Below are positions 44,722 to 58,200 of a DNA stretch of 64,000 bases, in pieces. Location: assembly GCA_048128005.1 (NCBI GenBank), contig JBEUKZ010000071.1:310001-374000 (forward strand), read 5' to 3'. Origin of the DNA: Veleropilina oligotropha (taxonomy: Eukaryota). The notes under the pieces were generated by a model. It had not been told where the DNA came from and searched no databases. It was given only the letters and a program-made list of their open reading frames with translations. The stretch's first letter is position 1; every line of letters begins with the position of its first letter. The position numbers and the translations under genes are program-made.

Positions 44722-47126
44722 CTTGGGTCGTTCAAACCTCCGATATATATGTTTATATGATCGGATATGACTCGTCTTGGGTCGCTCAAACCTCCGATAT
44801 ATAAGTTTATATGGTCGGATATGCCTCGTCTTGGGTCGTTCAAACCTCCGATATATATGTTTATATGGTCGGATATGCCTCGTCTTGGGTCGTATATGGT
44901 CGGATATGACTCGTCTTGGGTCGTGGTCGGATATGCCTCGTCTTGGGTCGTTCAAACCTCCGATATATATGTTTATATGGTCGGATATGCCTCGTCTTGG
45001 GGCGTTCAAACCTCCGATATATATGTTTATATGGTCGGATATGCCTCGTCTTGGGTCGTTCAAACCTCCGATATATATGTTTATGATCGGATATGCCTCG
45101 TCTTGGGTCGTTCAAACCTCCGATATATATGTTTATATGATCGGATATGCCTCGTCTTGGGTCGTTCAAACCTCCGATATATATGTTTATATGATCGGAT
45201 ATGCCTCGTCTTGGGTCGTTCAAACCTCCGATATATATGTTTATATGATCGGATATGCCTCGTCTTGGGTCGTGGTCGGATATGCCTCGTCTTGGGTCGT
45301 TCAAACCTCCGATATATATGTTTATATGGTCGGATATGCCTCGTCTTGGGTCGTTCAAACCTCCGATATATATGTTTATATGATCGGATATGCCTCGTCT
45401 TGGGTCGTTCAAACCTCCGATGTATATGTTTATATGATCGGATAATGCCTCGTCTTGGGTCGTTCAAACCTCCGATATATATGTTTATATGATCGGATAT
45501 GCCTCGTCTTGGGTCGTTCAAACCTCCGATATATATGTTTATATGGTCGGATATGACTCGTCTTGGGTCGTGGTCGGATATGCCTCGTCTTGGGTCGTTC
45601 AAACCTCCTATATATATGTTTATATGGTCGGATATGACTCGTCTTGGGTCGTGGTCGGATATGCCTCGTCTTGGGTCGTTCAAACCTCCGATATATATGT
45701 TTATATGGTCGGATATGCCTCGTCTTGGGGCGTTCAAACCTCCGATATATATGTTTATAATAATAATAATAATAATCTTTATTTAAACTCGATAACCTTA
45801 TAGGTATGCGCCTATTTTCATAAGGGTCGAGCGCTAAAACAATTGAAATATACAAATAACATATATGAAAATAAAATACAATAAATCATATATAAAGTAG
45901 TGATCTAAGTGAGTGTATACAAATGAGATTCAGAACAGATAAAAACATTATAAAAACATTAAAATATGCATATTATATAAACAATGTACTTAAATAAATA
46001 TAAATATATACAGTTAATAAAGTTTTTAGATACATATATGCAGATAATAAAGTTCTTGAGTTATCGTATTAACATAAAGAATCCTTATAAAAGATCAAAG
46101 TTAAGTGATTATAATGAGAGTACTTACTGTATAAAATAATAATACACAATTTATTAAAAACATATTTCCTAAATATTAAAATCTTCCCTAAATTTTTTAA
46201 AATAAAATCCATAACAATATGGTCGGATATGCCTCGTCTTGGGTCGTTCAAACCTCCGATATATATGTTTATGATCGGATATGCCTCGTCTTGGGTCGTG
46301 GTCGGATATGCCTCGTCTTGGGTCGTTCAAACCTCCGATATATATGTTTATGATCGGATATGCCTCGTCTTGGGTCGTGGTCGGATATGCCTCGTCTTGG
46401 GTCGTTCAAACCTCCGATATATATGTTTATATGATCGGATATGCCTCGTCTTGGGTCGTTCAAACCTCCGATATATATGTTTATCCTGCCTCCGACAACA
46501 TTCTAGTCCATTCATTGGTTACATCACGTCACGTGCTGACCATGTAAAATAACCATATCTGGTGCCTCCGTTTCATATCACGTCAACGTCAATGTCCTTG
46601 AGTGACCTCGTTTTCCCGCCACCCGTACTCGCCCAATCATTGGACAGATTTTGCAGAGCTACACCAAATATGATATTTTTGTATTATGTTGCTGTATAAT
46701 GTAGATCATAATACATGAATCATTATTGATTATTACGTTGTTGTATTGTGGCATATAACTATTATTACGGTATTGTTATGATTAAATTTGTTACTTTATT
46801 TCCAATACATTTTGTTACGTTATTAACAATATATTTACTTATTTTCGTTTCTCAAAATATTACGTAATAATATATTTGCAGGTCGTCGACAGGATAAATA
46901 CCTTACATAGTTAGCTATCGCCTCGCCCAATATGAAATTTCCACTGACCCCGGTAAAATCCGTATTCGGTCACTAACAAACTATGTAAGTTATATTATAT
47001 GATCGGATATGCCTCGTCTTGGGTCGTTCAAACCTCCGATATATATGTTTATATGATCGGATATGCCTCGTCTTGGGTCGTTCAAACCTCCGATATATAT
47101 GTTTATATGATCGGATATGCCTCGTG
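44722..47126. repeat. 54-bp satellite in three blocks (44722-45757, 46218-46484, ~46995-47126)
   Basis: Unit ggtcggatatgcctcgtcttgggtcgttcaaacctccgatatatatgtttatat plus 27-bp half units. Confidence 0.95.
45757..46217 (-). mobile_element. AT-rich LINE 3' end inserted into the 54-bp satellite
   Basis: (TAA)n then tttattt at the left edge, i.e. minus-strand AATAAA plus (TTA)n tail; satellite resumes at 46218. Confidence 0.6.
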
Positions 47127-47283
47127 ATCCTGATTGACTGGATAATTGAAAACCCGACCATTTCGTAGGGAGGTTAAATATAGATGAATTATATAGAAGT
47201 CAATACCACAGGCTGGGAACATAATTATCTTTCTACAAAAGTTGGGGAAAACCACAAGAATGGGCAGGTTCTTTACTTCATAT

Positions 47284-47539
47284 GGCCGCTTCGGCAGCGC
47301 AGTGGGTAGAGTGTCCACTCTAAATTCACTGGCTTGATTCCGCTAATGCGAACAGTAGTGGGTTCAATACCTGGGTGAGGCATCGAAATTTGTTCAAGTT
47401 ATGAATCACAATTGTCCGTGACTGGCCGACGAGGGCGGGTTTACCCGGGCGACCGGGGTTTCCTCCCGCGATAACACGGACATGTCCTGCTTTGAACCTC
47501 GATGTTGTAAATATATAGGATATTAAGCATCATTCCTTC
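47284..47539 (+). mobile_element. tRNA-derived SINE with 13-bp TSD
   Basis: A-box-like ggcagcgcagtggg, B-box-like ggttcaatacc; ctttacttcatat at 47271-47283 and 47540-47552. Confidence 0.85.
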
Positions 47540-48659
47540 CTTTACTTCATATGAATATTCTCCACTAATGTGTTTCTTGGCACTGTAGTATCACGTCATC
47601 GACTATGAATTCAGAGCTTGAGTGAAGTGATTGACATTATGAGCTGTGCGTAGCCTACTAATGCAACTCAAGTGGGAACATTGCATTTGGTATTAATTAA
47701 TTAAAGATGCTAAAATGGATAAGACCAGAATATATATATTTCATGAAGCCGTGTTGTTATATTGATGTCATTATTGAATATAAAATTCAGAATATATTTG
47801 TTTCACGAGACTCAAATTTTGGGGAAAGAAAATGGTAAATATATAGCCCAGAGTGCAAGAAAACGCATATAATGCCTTCTACAGTTAAAAAATTTCCCCG
47901 TGAGAGGGGGCATGCCCATGGACCCCTCTTATTTATCGGGACCTTCTGGCCCTCAAGGTTCACGCCCTTCGGTCATTCACAACTCTCAATCCTACAATTC
48001 ACATAGGTTGGAAGCTCTGAGCCTGACCAATGCTAAACTGCTTCCGACGGGCCTGCATTGTAATGGTGACCGATGTCGATGTCTCATCAGCATTAAGGAC
48101 ACGCATGATACCGTTGTGTAATTATCGAGCTGTGAGGGGGGGGGGGGGAGCAAGCAATCTTTACAATTATCTTCCACGAGTCTCGATTGCTGACCGTATC
48201 GATTAAAGACAAATGTGGTGTTTCCTGATAAGCATTATGTTCGTGATATTTCTCCATTAGTGTTTAGTTGATAAGACCCTGGATCTTGATATACAAGGGC
48301 GGATCCAGGATTTCCAAAGGAGGGTCCAAGTTTAGAGGAATCTATCAACTGTCCGCGTGGGGGGGGGGGCGTATGTCCCCATGTGGAATAAAATTTTGAC
48401 AATTATAAATGTGCGAAACCCCCGCATTTCGAGAGTGCAAAATCGATATTTTTACCAACATTTATGAGCCATTTTCACCTAAGGACTGGTCATTGTAAAA
48501 TTGCCCCTCCGTTTTGGGGGTGGGTCACGAAAAAAGTGTTTGGTGGTATGTCCTTATTGTGATAATCACATAGATTATAAAGATTCATAAATGTTGGTGG
48601 TGAATATCACGTTTTCACTATCAGAAAGGAAGAAAACCAATTCAGATGCAGGGGATCAG

Positions 48660-49150
48660 CTTGCCCAATCAAAGGTTGCTCCCTTGATGTGGATGGTGAA
48701 AGCGATGGACGCGTTCTGTTACATAAGGGATACAATATATGCAGGAGGAGGATGTGAAGCTAGCAACACGGTACGGGAAAGATGCGCTATCGAAAAGAAC
48801 AGGGAATTCCTCCGAATCTTAACGTGTCGCTCTCTTTGCCTTCTCACCCGTGGGAAAGTTTTTAGTGCTTGTGCGCAGTTTGTGCTGCATGCTAGCGAGT
48901 GCTGACCACTGAAAAAGAAGGTTCAGTCCAAGCCTGAGAGAAATGGGCGAGCTGCACATGTGCTCTAATGGATGTGTGGAATCAAGGTTACTCTCCATGT
49001 CAGTTGTGTGGGCGCCTCGGAATTTGCACGATTCATGTTGCCTTACGTCGTAACCACATAAGAGAAGAAGTGACTGGATCAATACGTTTACCACGCTCAA
49101 TGTGGAGGGCAGATCTGGGAGGGGTAGACCTCGGAAGACATGGCGTGATG
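48660..49150 (+). mobile_element. Decayed RTE-like LINE fragment
   Basis: FCY..DTI.AGGGCE...R.R.A...FR...L...L.L.TRGKVFSAC..VL.HASEC. Confidence 0.55.
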
Positions 49151-51891
49151 TAGTGGAAATGATATGCGAAAGTGAAATTTAATTGAATAATTAAAGCGGC
49201 AATGCAGCGGTACAGGGCTTCAAGCTGATCGTGCGCAATTCATTATTTTCGATAGAAGACGTTTAAAGTGAAGCATGAAGGCAGAGCAAACATATCTTTT
49301 CATATGCACTAATACGTCTGCGAAGTTTGAACAGTCTAGTCACAAAGCAGAATAAGAGATATGACAAATTTAATTTTTTTTTCAAAAATTTCAACTTAAA
49401 AAAAATTAAATTAGCAAACGTAACTTAGCATATGCATTCATACGTCTGCGAAGTTTGAAAAGTCTATTGAAAGCAGAATAAGAGTTATGGCAAATTTAAT
49501 TTATTTTCGAAAATCAAAATGTTTTTTCGAAAATTTAATTTTCTGGCGAAAATGTAAAAAAATTACATTTTTTTCGAGGCATAACTTAATCTACAACATG
49601 TATGCAAAGTCGCATTATAAGTTGCAGGTTCAGCCAGAAGTTATAATAATATAAGTGATATAATTTCGAGGTCCATACATAATAATAATCTCACTCACCC
49701 CATTATCGAACACAGATGGGCAGGTCATCGTTATATACACAGATTTACGTTGCATGGCCAGACACATACAATAGTGATGATGAATTGATTTTTAAATAAA
49801 CTTTGAATTGTGATATGCATTGGCGCTGTGTGTAATGGAGGCAGCTATCATGGTTAAGTGTGTTTGTGCAATTTGTGCAAGTAACAAACATGATAAAAAA
49901 TTCACCACTCAGAGGAGTTCTGAACAACTATATCTCCCTCTACCTTCGGGCGGGGGATAAAAATCAAGGACAATATACCCCAAATAAATTTAATATCATT
50001 CAACTAAATAAATAATATTCATAGTATAAATAATATCATTATTATATGCCTATTTGCCAATTACAATTTGTCAAATCAACATCGTTTTTACGAGCCTTGG
50101 TTTTAACGCGGCGCCAAGATGGGTGCCTATCCTGATCTAAACACTGGTTCAATCAAATCAAATCATTGACAACATACAAATAAAAATCACAACCGCAACA
50201 CTAATAACATTAACAGACATTGTCACAATGACCATAATACAAGTTACGATAAACATAAAGTATAAGCTGCAGATTGAACTTGGTAACTGTTGATTTGTTG
50301 AATTTAATAGTGAAGTGTAGGCTTTCATTTAGGCCTTGTATATAATATATTGCCTACGAATCCATATAAATGAAAATGACAAAGAGTTTATTGTAAACGC
50401 TTATACATCGGCTTTACCATTTCATGAAGTTTCCATTTTTAATTTGTCAACGACTTTAGTCTGCGGTTGAAATATTAATTAGAAGATTTGACTTTAAAGG
50501 CTGATTAATGTCTAGTGTATTTGGAACAAACCAATAATTTATGATAGCCTGAATATTTGAAAATATACCCATCGCACCAGGTGTTGAAAATTTTCAACAT
50601 GACAGCACAGGTTGCATTGCCTACAATATCGCCTCTGTCAAAGGGTCTGTTTGTGTATTTTATAATAAGTTTCTGTCACGTGTAATGACGATGGACACCA
50701 TGTATCCCTTTGGCCAAGGTAAAATTCATTATTTGGACAAAAAGACTATTTAAAGCAATTTATAATCTGGGTTGGCTATTTATTTGTGACAAATAACGGT
50801 AAATCACCAGGTACAACTACGTTGGTCAAATTAGCTTATATAATATGTGTCAAGTTGTCATAATGCCATTATTGGATTCTACAACGTACTGATACAGAAG
50901 TCGCTAGCACGGGTGCGAATTGTTCGTTGTTTACCAATATTATGTCTCCAATCGAATTGGAAGTTTATAGAATCAGAATTATATAATGACTTTGGTATTG
51001 GACATACGTACTGCACATCACATTCGTATATAACACACTAACATTACGCTTTAATTGTATTTATGGAAGTTCAAATTTGTCAAGGTCTTGGAAAGTTGTA
51101 AACAATACTGATTGATTATGATTATTTTTGCTCTAGGCCTAGGCCTATTTGCGAATTCATTACCCATGTTTCCGCATCTATTTCTTACAAAAAATATGAA
51201 TGGCAAGATTATGATATGCAGACAATTGTATTGTATAGTATCCTAATATTTTGTATTTTTAAATCCGACCATAAAAATTGAAAGTTACAAGTATAGGCCA
51301 ATACGTATACCGCATCATCGCTTTCGTCTATCAACCTAAATTTTCATGTTCATATCTGCGGACATGAAAGAATGTACGTGTATTTTCATCAAAGGTTGCA
51401 GAAAATAACATAAAAATACTTGGATATTTAGTAAATCATCGCTCTTGCCATTTTCAATGATTTTGTTTTCCATGTTTACATGCGTATCCATTTCCGTCCT
51501 GAAATGCGGCTCGCATGATAATAATCGCCAAGAGGTTATCTTCGCTAATAGTTTGAGTGTAGGTAAAAATGTCCAAGGTAAAAATGTCCAAGGTAAAAAT
51601 GTCCAAGGGTAAAAATGGCCAAGGTAAAAATGGCCAAGGGTAAAAATGTCCAAGGTAAAAATGGCCAAGAAATTTAAAAAGTATAAATGATGATAAATGT
51701 GAAGAAATTTCCGTTCTAGCTAGACTATATAATAAGTGACTATTTATAATACATCAATTTAAGAAATAATATGCTATTAAATTTAATTTAAGAGCAATAA
51801 TAAATTATATATTTAGACTATATAATAATTGACCATATATAATACACCCATTTGAGAAAATAACATGTTATTAAATGTAATATTAATACTA

Positions 51892-52056
<165 letters not shown>

Positions 52057-52242
52057 GCCGTAGACAGTGTTTTTGTGAATACATTGATATAAATACAATA
52101 TTATTAAGACTTCACACAAGATGAAACTTGAAAATGATGTTGTGTAGTGTGTATATAAATTTTATAGCATTATATGAAAGAAATGGTTATGGTTCTTGAT
52201 TCTAGATAAATATGTCAATAATGTACTTTACATGCATGAGAC

Positions 52243-52811
52243 CACAGGGGCCCGTAACGTTGCTTATCGTTCGTCTGTTTCCGTTTGACGATTGGCGCAG
52301 TTCATTGTTACTATATAATATAGACAAGTGAGGACACTAAGACGGGACACATCATGGATTTTCCCGACATTTCACTGAATTATTTCATTTCTTAAAAGAT
52401 GTTGGTTCGAATATGTCAAATTCGGGAAGAAGGATCATATGTGTCCCGTTTATTTAGTTGTTGTTTACAAGAGAGACTTAGTAATTGTTTGCAAGAGGTA
52501 TGTTAGTTCATTTTTCAATATATTGTTTGTTGAACAACCTAGTTATCGATAGTGTCGACGCCGAGTGTTAAATACGCGTAATTTGCAATTTATTCGTCAT
52601 GTTATCGAGTAGAGAGCAGCACACGCTGGTCATTGGTCACCATTCAAACCAACATATTTTGACAAATGAAATAATTCAGTGAAATGTCGGGAAAATCCAT
52701 GATGTGTCCCGTCTTAGTGTCCTCCCTTGTCTATATTATATAGTAACAATGAACTGCGCCAATCGTCAAACGGAAACAGACGAACGATAAGCAACGTTAC
52801 GGGCCCCTGTG
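52243..52811. mobile_element. MITE with ~145-bp TIRs and 8-bp TSD (P-element- or hAT-like)
   Basis: cacaggggcccgtaacgttgc... inverted at the right end; catgagac at 52235-52242 and 52812-52819. Confidence 0.85.
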
Positions 52812-53337
52812 CATGAGACCCTGTAAGAAAATAACATTGTTCAAGACACACCTGAGTTGATAGCGTGCAGCAAATTCACTCATTACATACTGACTTTGCG
52901 AATGTGGGTTCGACTCCCTGGGCCATAGGTCGAAAAATTTGGGCAGGTTTTCCAGGATACTTATCCGAGCTTTCCTCCAATGATAACATGGACATGTCCT
53001 GGTATGACCAGAAGAGGGTATTAGATGGACAATAAACAATAACTCACTAACTCATCTTCAGTTATTTCATTGCTGGCTAAAGCACAAAAATGCTGAACGA
53101 ACTAGTTACCAAAGATCAATGACGTTAAGCAAAGCTGTACCTGAATTATGTGTAGCAGACGAAAGTCTATATGCACGTAAAGTGGTCGATAATGGGGGTG
53201 GGGTGGGATGCGCCTGCCATACTGCTGAATTCGTGTGAAAGTGGTTGTAACATTCTGTTTCAATCAATCACTTCAATCACTGTTGCCGCACAATGTATGC
53301 GTGTATGTACATGCATGATTACACACACACACACGCA

Positions 53338-53400
<63 letters not shown>

Positions 53401-53493
53401 TCACGCATACATGCATGCATGCATACATACATACATAAAACATACATATATATAAATATAATGTATATAAATTCCATTTAAATTTATTTAAAG

Positions 53494-53537
<44 letters not shown>

Positions 53538-54330
53538 CTTTAAATAAATTTAAATTTCCATAAATATCCATGCATTACATATATATTTCGCTCATGGCCA
53601 TTTTTACCTTGGCCATTTTTACCCACTTGTCACTTTTACCTTGGCCATTTTTACCATGGCCATTTTTACCTTGGCCATTTTTACCGCGCACCAATAGTTT
53701 AGGTCGCAGGAACTAGAAAAAATGTTTAAATAGAATACTTGAAAATAAAGTTAGTAGTCCAATTATATCATCGTCCTTTTCGTCCGTGTCTCTGTCACTT
53801 TTCACTTGTGGCATTGACTTCCTGTTTACCAATATTTAAACATTATTCATGTGGAAGTTATAACTTGATATGGTTATGTCTTTTAACTTATATCACCAAG
53901 CCTTAGCATAGAAAGCACTCTATTAAATCATGACATAATATTAACGTTAGCGTTGCTATATATAGGCAACATAATAATTTGTGCATGCATGTAGAAGCGA
54001 ATATAACTATTTTGCCAGCATCACATGTAAAACACAGACGTGGTTACCTGAAGTTTTTGTATCTATAGCCGAATGGTCTCATGTTGACACAAGTAATACC
54101 ACTAATTAGCTTTAATTACATGCTAACGACACTGATATGCATACAACAACCCCAGCAGCCCTGATGATAGTGTTTACTTAAAAATTAGTGGCCTGCTGGG
54201 TCCGGAGAGATGCTGTCATAAACCAGATAACACTGATTAATTTGACTTATGAAATTTCTTTTTTTTCTAAAACAAACTATTCACGCGATGCTCACGAAAT
54301 TTAGCAAACGCTTACATGGTTATAAAATAC

Positions 54331-55168
54331 TGTGCTGAATTAAGGTTTATTGACAGCTCCTCGGGTGAGGGTAAAAGGCTGTAAGTAACAAACAGCCGTA
54401 TTACATAATGCAACATACACGTGTTTAGTACGAAATGGTATATACCAAATATAGAGGATATCCTAATTCTAAACAACAAACATTATATAGATGCAAACGC
54501 CAGGTAAATGAGAATCAACAGGTGTACATGTCATAATACAATTCCGACTGAAAATGCTATATAAATACATATCATCAATAATCATAAGTGCAATCATGGT
54601 CATTTCCACGGCCAAGAGGAATATTAATATGGGAGATAACTCCTATCGCCTTATCGAAAACATGGGTTGTCTCCCCTACGACAAGCTTATACTGTAATAA
54701 TAACGAACGTCTGATCGAATCATTATCATACCTAAAACGCTGAATCTGACACAAATAGCAAATGGAAAGACTATTACCTGCATTTCTAAACATAGTGGTA
54801 AGTATGCACACATAGACGCGTTGTAATTGTAATATGCTGCCTTTAAACATGCCAAGCAATGACCACCGAACACGTGCGTATCGTACTCAAAGGTAAACAC
54901 GGGCATTTATGAACACGCAAATGTCAACGCATATCGCGGTAAAGGGCATATATATACTAGTAATATGGCATGTTCTAGGGCAATTATAGCACCATACATA
55001 AAGGAAATAAACATACACTTTGGTTTGCTGTAATCTGAATAACCCAATCCGGCCATGCGCTGAAACTTCCTGACGCTTTGGAAAGAGAGCGCTTCAAACA
55101 AAGGGGAATAACTAGGGCTAAACTACAATTATGTCTACAGAAAACACGGCTTAGCAATAAACAGAACA
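54331..55168 (-). repeat. 3' LTR
   Basis: Direct repeat of 61005-61842. Confidence 0.95.
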
Positions 55169-55281
55169 CTCCCCGCCTAATATCTTTACCTGGATATTAC
55201 ATAAAACTAAAATGCAAGAATTATTAATAGATGATACTTCAAAACATAATTACTATCAATAACTGTCAATACTAAGGATAA

Positions 55282-58200
55282 CTATCGTCCTTCAGCTGAA
55301 ACTAGGACCACCATATCGGTGATCGGACGCGTGAGCAATGTCCCTTTTCCATCCTTGTGCACTCTGACGACGGCTTTTCGCACCTTCCCATCTTCACTGG
55401 AGATGGCGTCTACAAGGACTCCTGTGGGCCATTCGTTCCTGTGGCAGTTCTTGTCCTTCAACAAGACTACGTCTCCCTGTCGAACGTTTGGTCTCTCGTG
55501 CTGCCACTTCCGTCGTACCTGCAACAGGTGTAGATATTCTGATTTCCAGCGACTCCAAAATGTTTCTGCCAGGGCCTGTACTCTGCGCCATTGAGCCTTG
55601 TACATATCCTTTACATCACCTTCCACCAAAGGTTCTGTTGTATGATCGACTTTTGGGGTCAACAGGGTTGCTGGAGTTAGAATCAATGGAGAGTTTGGGT
55701 CAGATGATACGGGCACGATAGGTCGCCCATTCACAATGGCACACACTTCAGCCATGAACGTTGTCAAGACTTCATGCGTGAGAGGCTTTGAAGAAGCTTC
55801 CGCCATCATAGCATCCAGGATGCGCCTTGAAACACCGATCAGTCGCTCCCATGCACCACCCATGTGGGAAGACTGAGGAGGATTAAAGATCCATTCACAT
55901 TGGTTATCTGACAGCATTCTTTTCACCGGATGATCTTCAACATTTATTGCATGTATTTTCAACATGTCTGTGGCTCCCACGAAATTGGTTCCACGATCCG
56001 AACGAAATTGTCTGACTTTGCCTCTAATTGACACAAAGCGTCTGACTGCATTTACAAATGAAGAACTGGTCATATCTTCAATGACCTCAATGTGTATTCC
56101 TCTTGTCGTGAGACAAGTAAACAACACAGCCCACCTCTTACTGTTGGCTTGTCCACCCCTGGTACGGCACGTCACAATTGACCAGGGGCCAAAAACATCG
56201 ACGCCGACATAGGAGAATGGTGGGTTCGGTTGAAGGCGGTCGGTGGGAAGGTTTGACATCACTTGTTGTTCTTCCTTTCCGCGAAGCTTCCTGCATTTAA
56301 CGCAGTCGTGAATAAGCGATGAAACTACTCGCTTAATGCCAGTGATCCATAGGCCTGCTGCTCTCACGGACCCTTCTGTAAAGTGTCTCCCTTGGTGCTT
56401 CACACGCTCATGGTAGTTACGTACCAGTAAGGTTGCAACGTGGTGTCTTCCTGGAATAACAATTGGGTTCTTGTATTCGATAGCCATGTCTGTATAGTTG
56501 AAGCGTCCACCTACACGAAGCAGTCCATCTTCATCCAGAACAGGATTGAGGTTCAGTATCGAACTGGACTTTGGTAGAGAACGTTGGGCTTTTAGGCATC
56601 TCACTTCTTCTCGGTATGCCTCAAGCTGAACTTGTCGCAAGACAAACTTTTCAGCCTCTGTATAAGCTTCAACACTCGACAGTCGTTTGCAGGTCTCGTC
56701 TGACTTGCAAAGATGGTAAGTCTTTGCAAACCGCTTGAGTCGGATGATAGTTTCTACAAGTTTCTTCCACGATGAGAAGCGTTCAAATCGTTGTGTACCA
56801 AGAATTCTTCGAGTGTTGTTCACATTTGTAGCAAGAACTGCTACATCAAGTTCCGCTTCACAATCTACCTCACACTCTGAGGAAGAAAACACAATGTCTG
56901 ACACTTCTGTTTGAAGTTCTTGAGCTGGAGGTCCCAGAAGCCAAGGGCTGGATCCTAAAGTAGTAGCAGGAACTGACCTGGTCGCACAGTCAGCAGGATT
57001 TGCATCTGTGGAAACGTATCTCCATTGTCCCGGAGTGGACGCACGTCTGATGCGTGCCACCCTATTGGCCACATAAACGGAAAACCTTTTGCTTTCATTA
57101 CATATGTAACCAAGCACAATTTTGCTGTCTGTGTGATAAGACACTGCAGTTCGAGGGATGTCCAGGTGCTCAGTCACTAGGTTGGCAACATCAGTTGCTA
57201 GCACAGCAGCACAGAGTTCAAGTCTTGGTATGGTGTGACCATGAGTGGGGGACACCTTTGCCTTTCCCATCACAAATCCTGAGTGGAGATCACCCTTGTC
57301 TATTACCTTGACATATGCTACCGCGGCAATGGCCTTTTCGGATGCATCTGCAAATACATGCAGTTCTTTCTCACTTGCTTGCCGGAAAGATACCGGCAGG
57401 AGTACCCGTGGAATCTGTACTTCCTCGAGATATTTCAAGGAATTCCTCCACAGTTCCCATTCTTCTTGACGTTCTGGAGGCAAGGGATCATCCCACGAAA
57501 TTCCATCTGCCATAAGATCTCTGAGTATGATTTTCCCCTTGATCAGGACAGGAGCTGCAAAACCCATTGGATCAAACAGGCTGTTGATCGTAGATAGTAC
57601 ACCTCGCTTTGTGAAAGGTTTATCTTCACATGATACAGTGAATGTAAACGAATCGAAGTTTATGTCCCATGCAATTCCCAGGCATCTCTGAAGAGGGAAT
57701 GAGTCCTCACTTAGCTTCAAGTTCTTCAGGTCCTTTGCTCGATCATCTGAAGGAAACGCTTCCATAACTTCTGACGAGTTGGAGACTATCTTGCATAGAC
57801 GAAGATTCCCACATGTCCTGAGAGCTTCTTGACTCCTCTTCATGAGATATATTGCCTGTTCTGCCGTATCCAGTGACGTGAGTCCGTCGTCCACGTAAAA
57901 GTCCCTTTCTATGAACTGTCTGACGTCTTCACCAAATTCGGCTTCTGCTTCCTTTGCCGTCCTTTTGAGTCCATAACTGGCAACAGCTGGTGATGGCCGG
58001 TTACCGAAAACGTGCACGCACATCCTATACTCGATGAGATCCTGGAGTGGATCGTTGTCCTTGTACCAGATGAACCGCAGGTAGTTGCGATGATCTTCTC
58101 GTACGGAAAAACAGTGGAACATCTGTTGGATGTCTCCCATGACTGCTACTGCTTCTCTGCGGAAGCGAAGCAATACTCCTAGCAAACAGTTTGCAAGGTC

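Noticed and set aside
38694..47126. CRISPR-like arrays or repeat-protein genes (e.g. ETEDLLDEDCTT, NDPRRGISDH ORFs)
   Set aside because: Head-to-tail repeats with no unique spacers and no cas genes, in a eukaryotic context; the ORFs are translations of satellites with frequent frame breaks.
54575..55169. Short ORFs duplicated at 61249-61843
   Set aside because: Incidental ORFs within the two LTRs.
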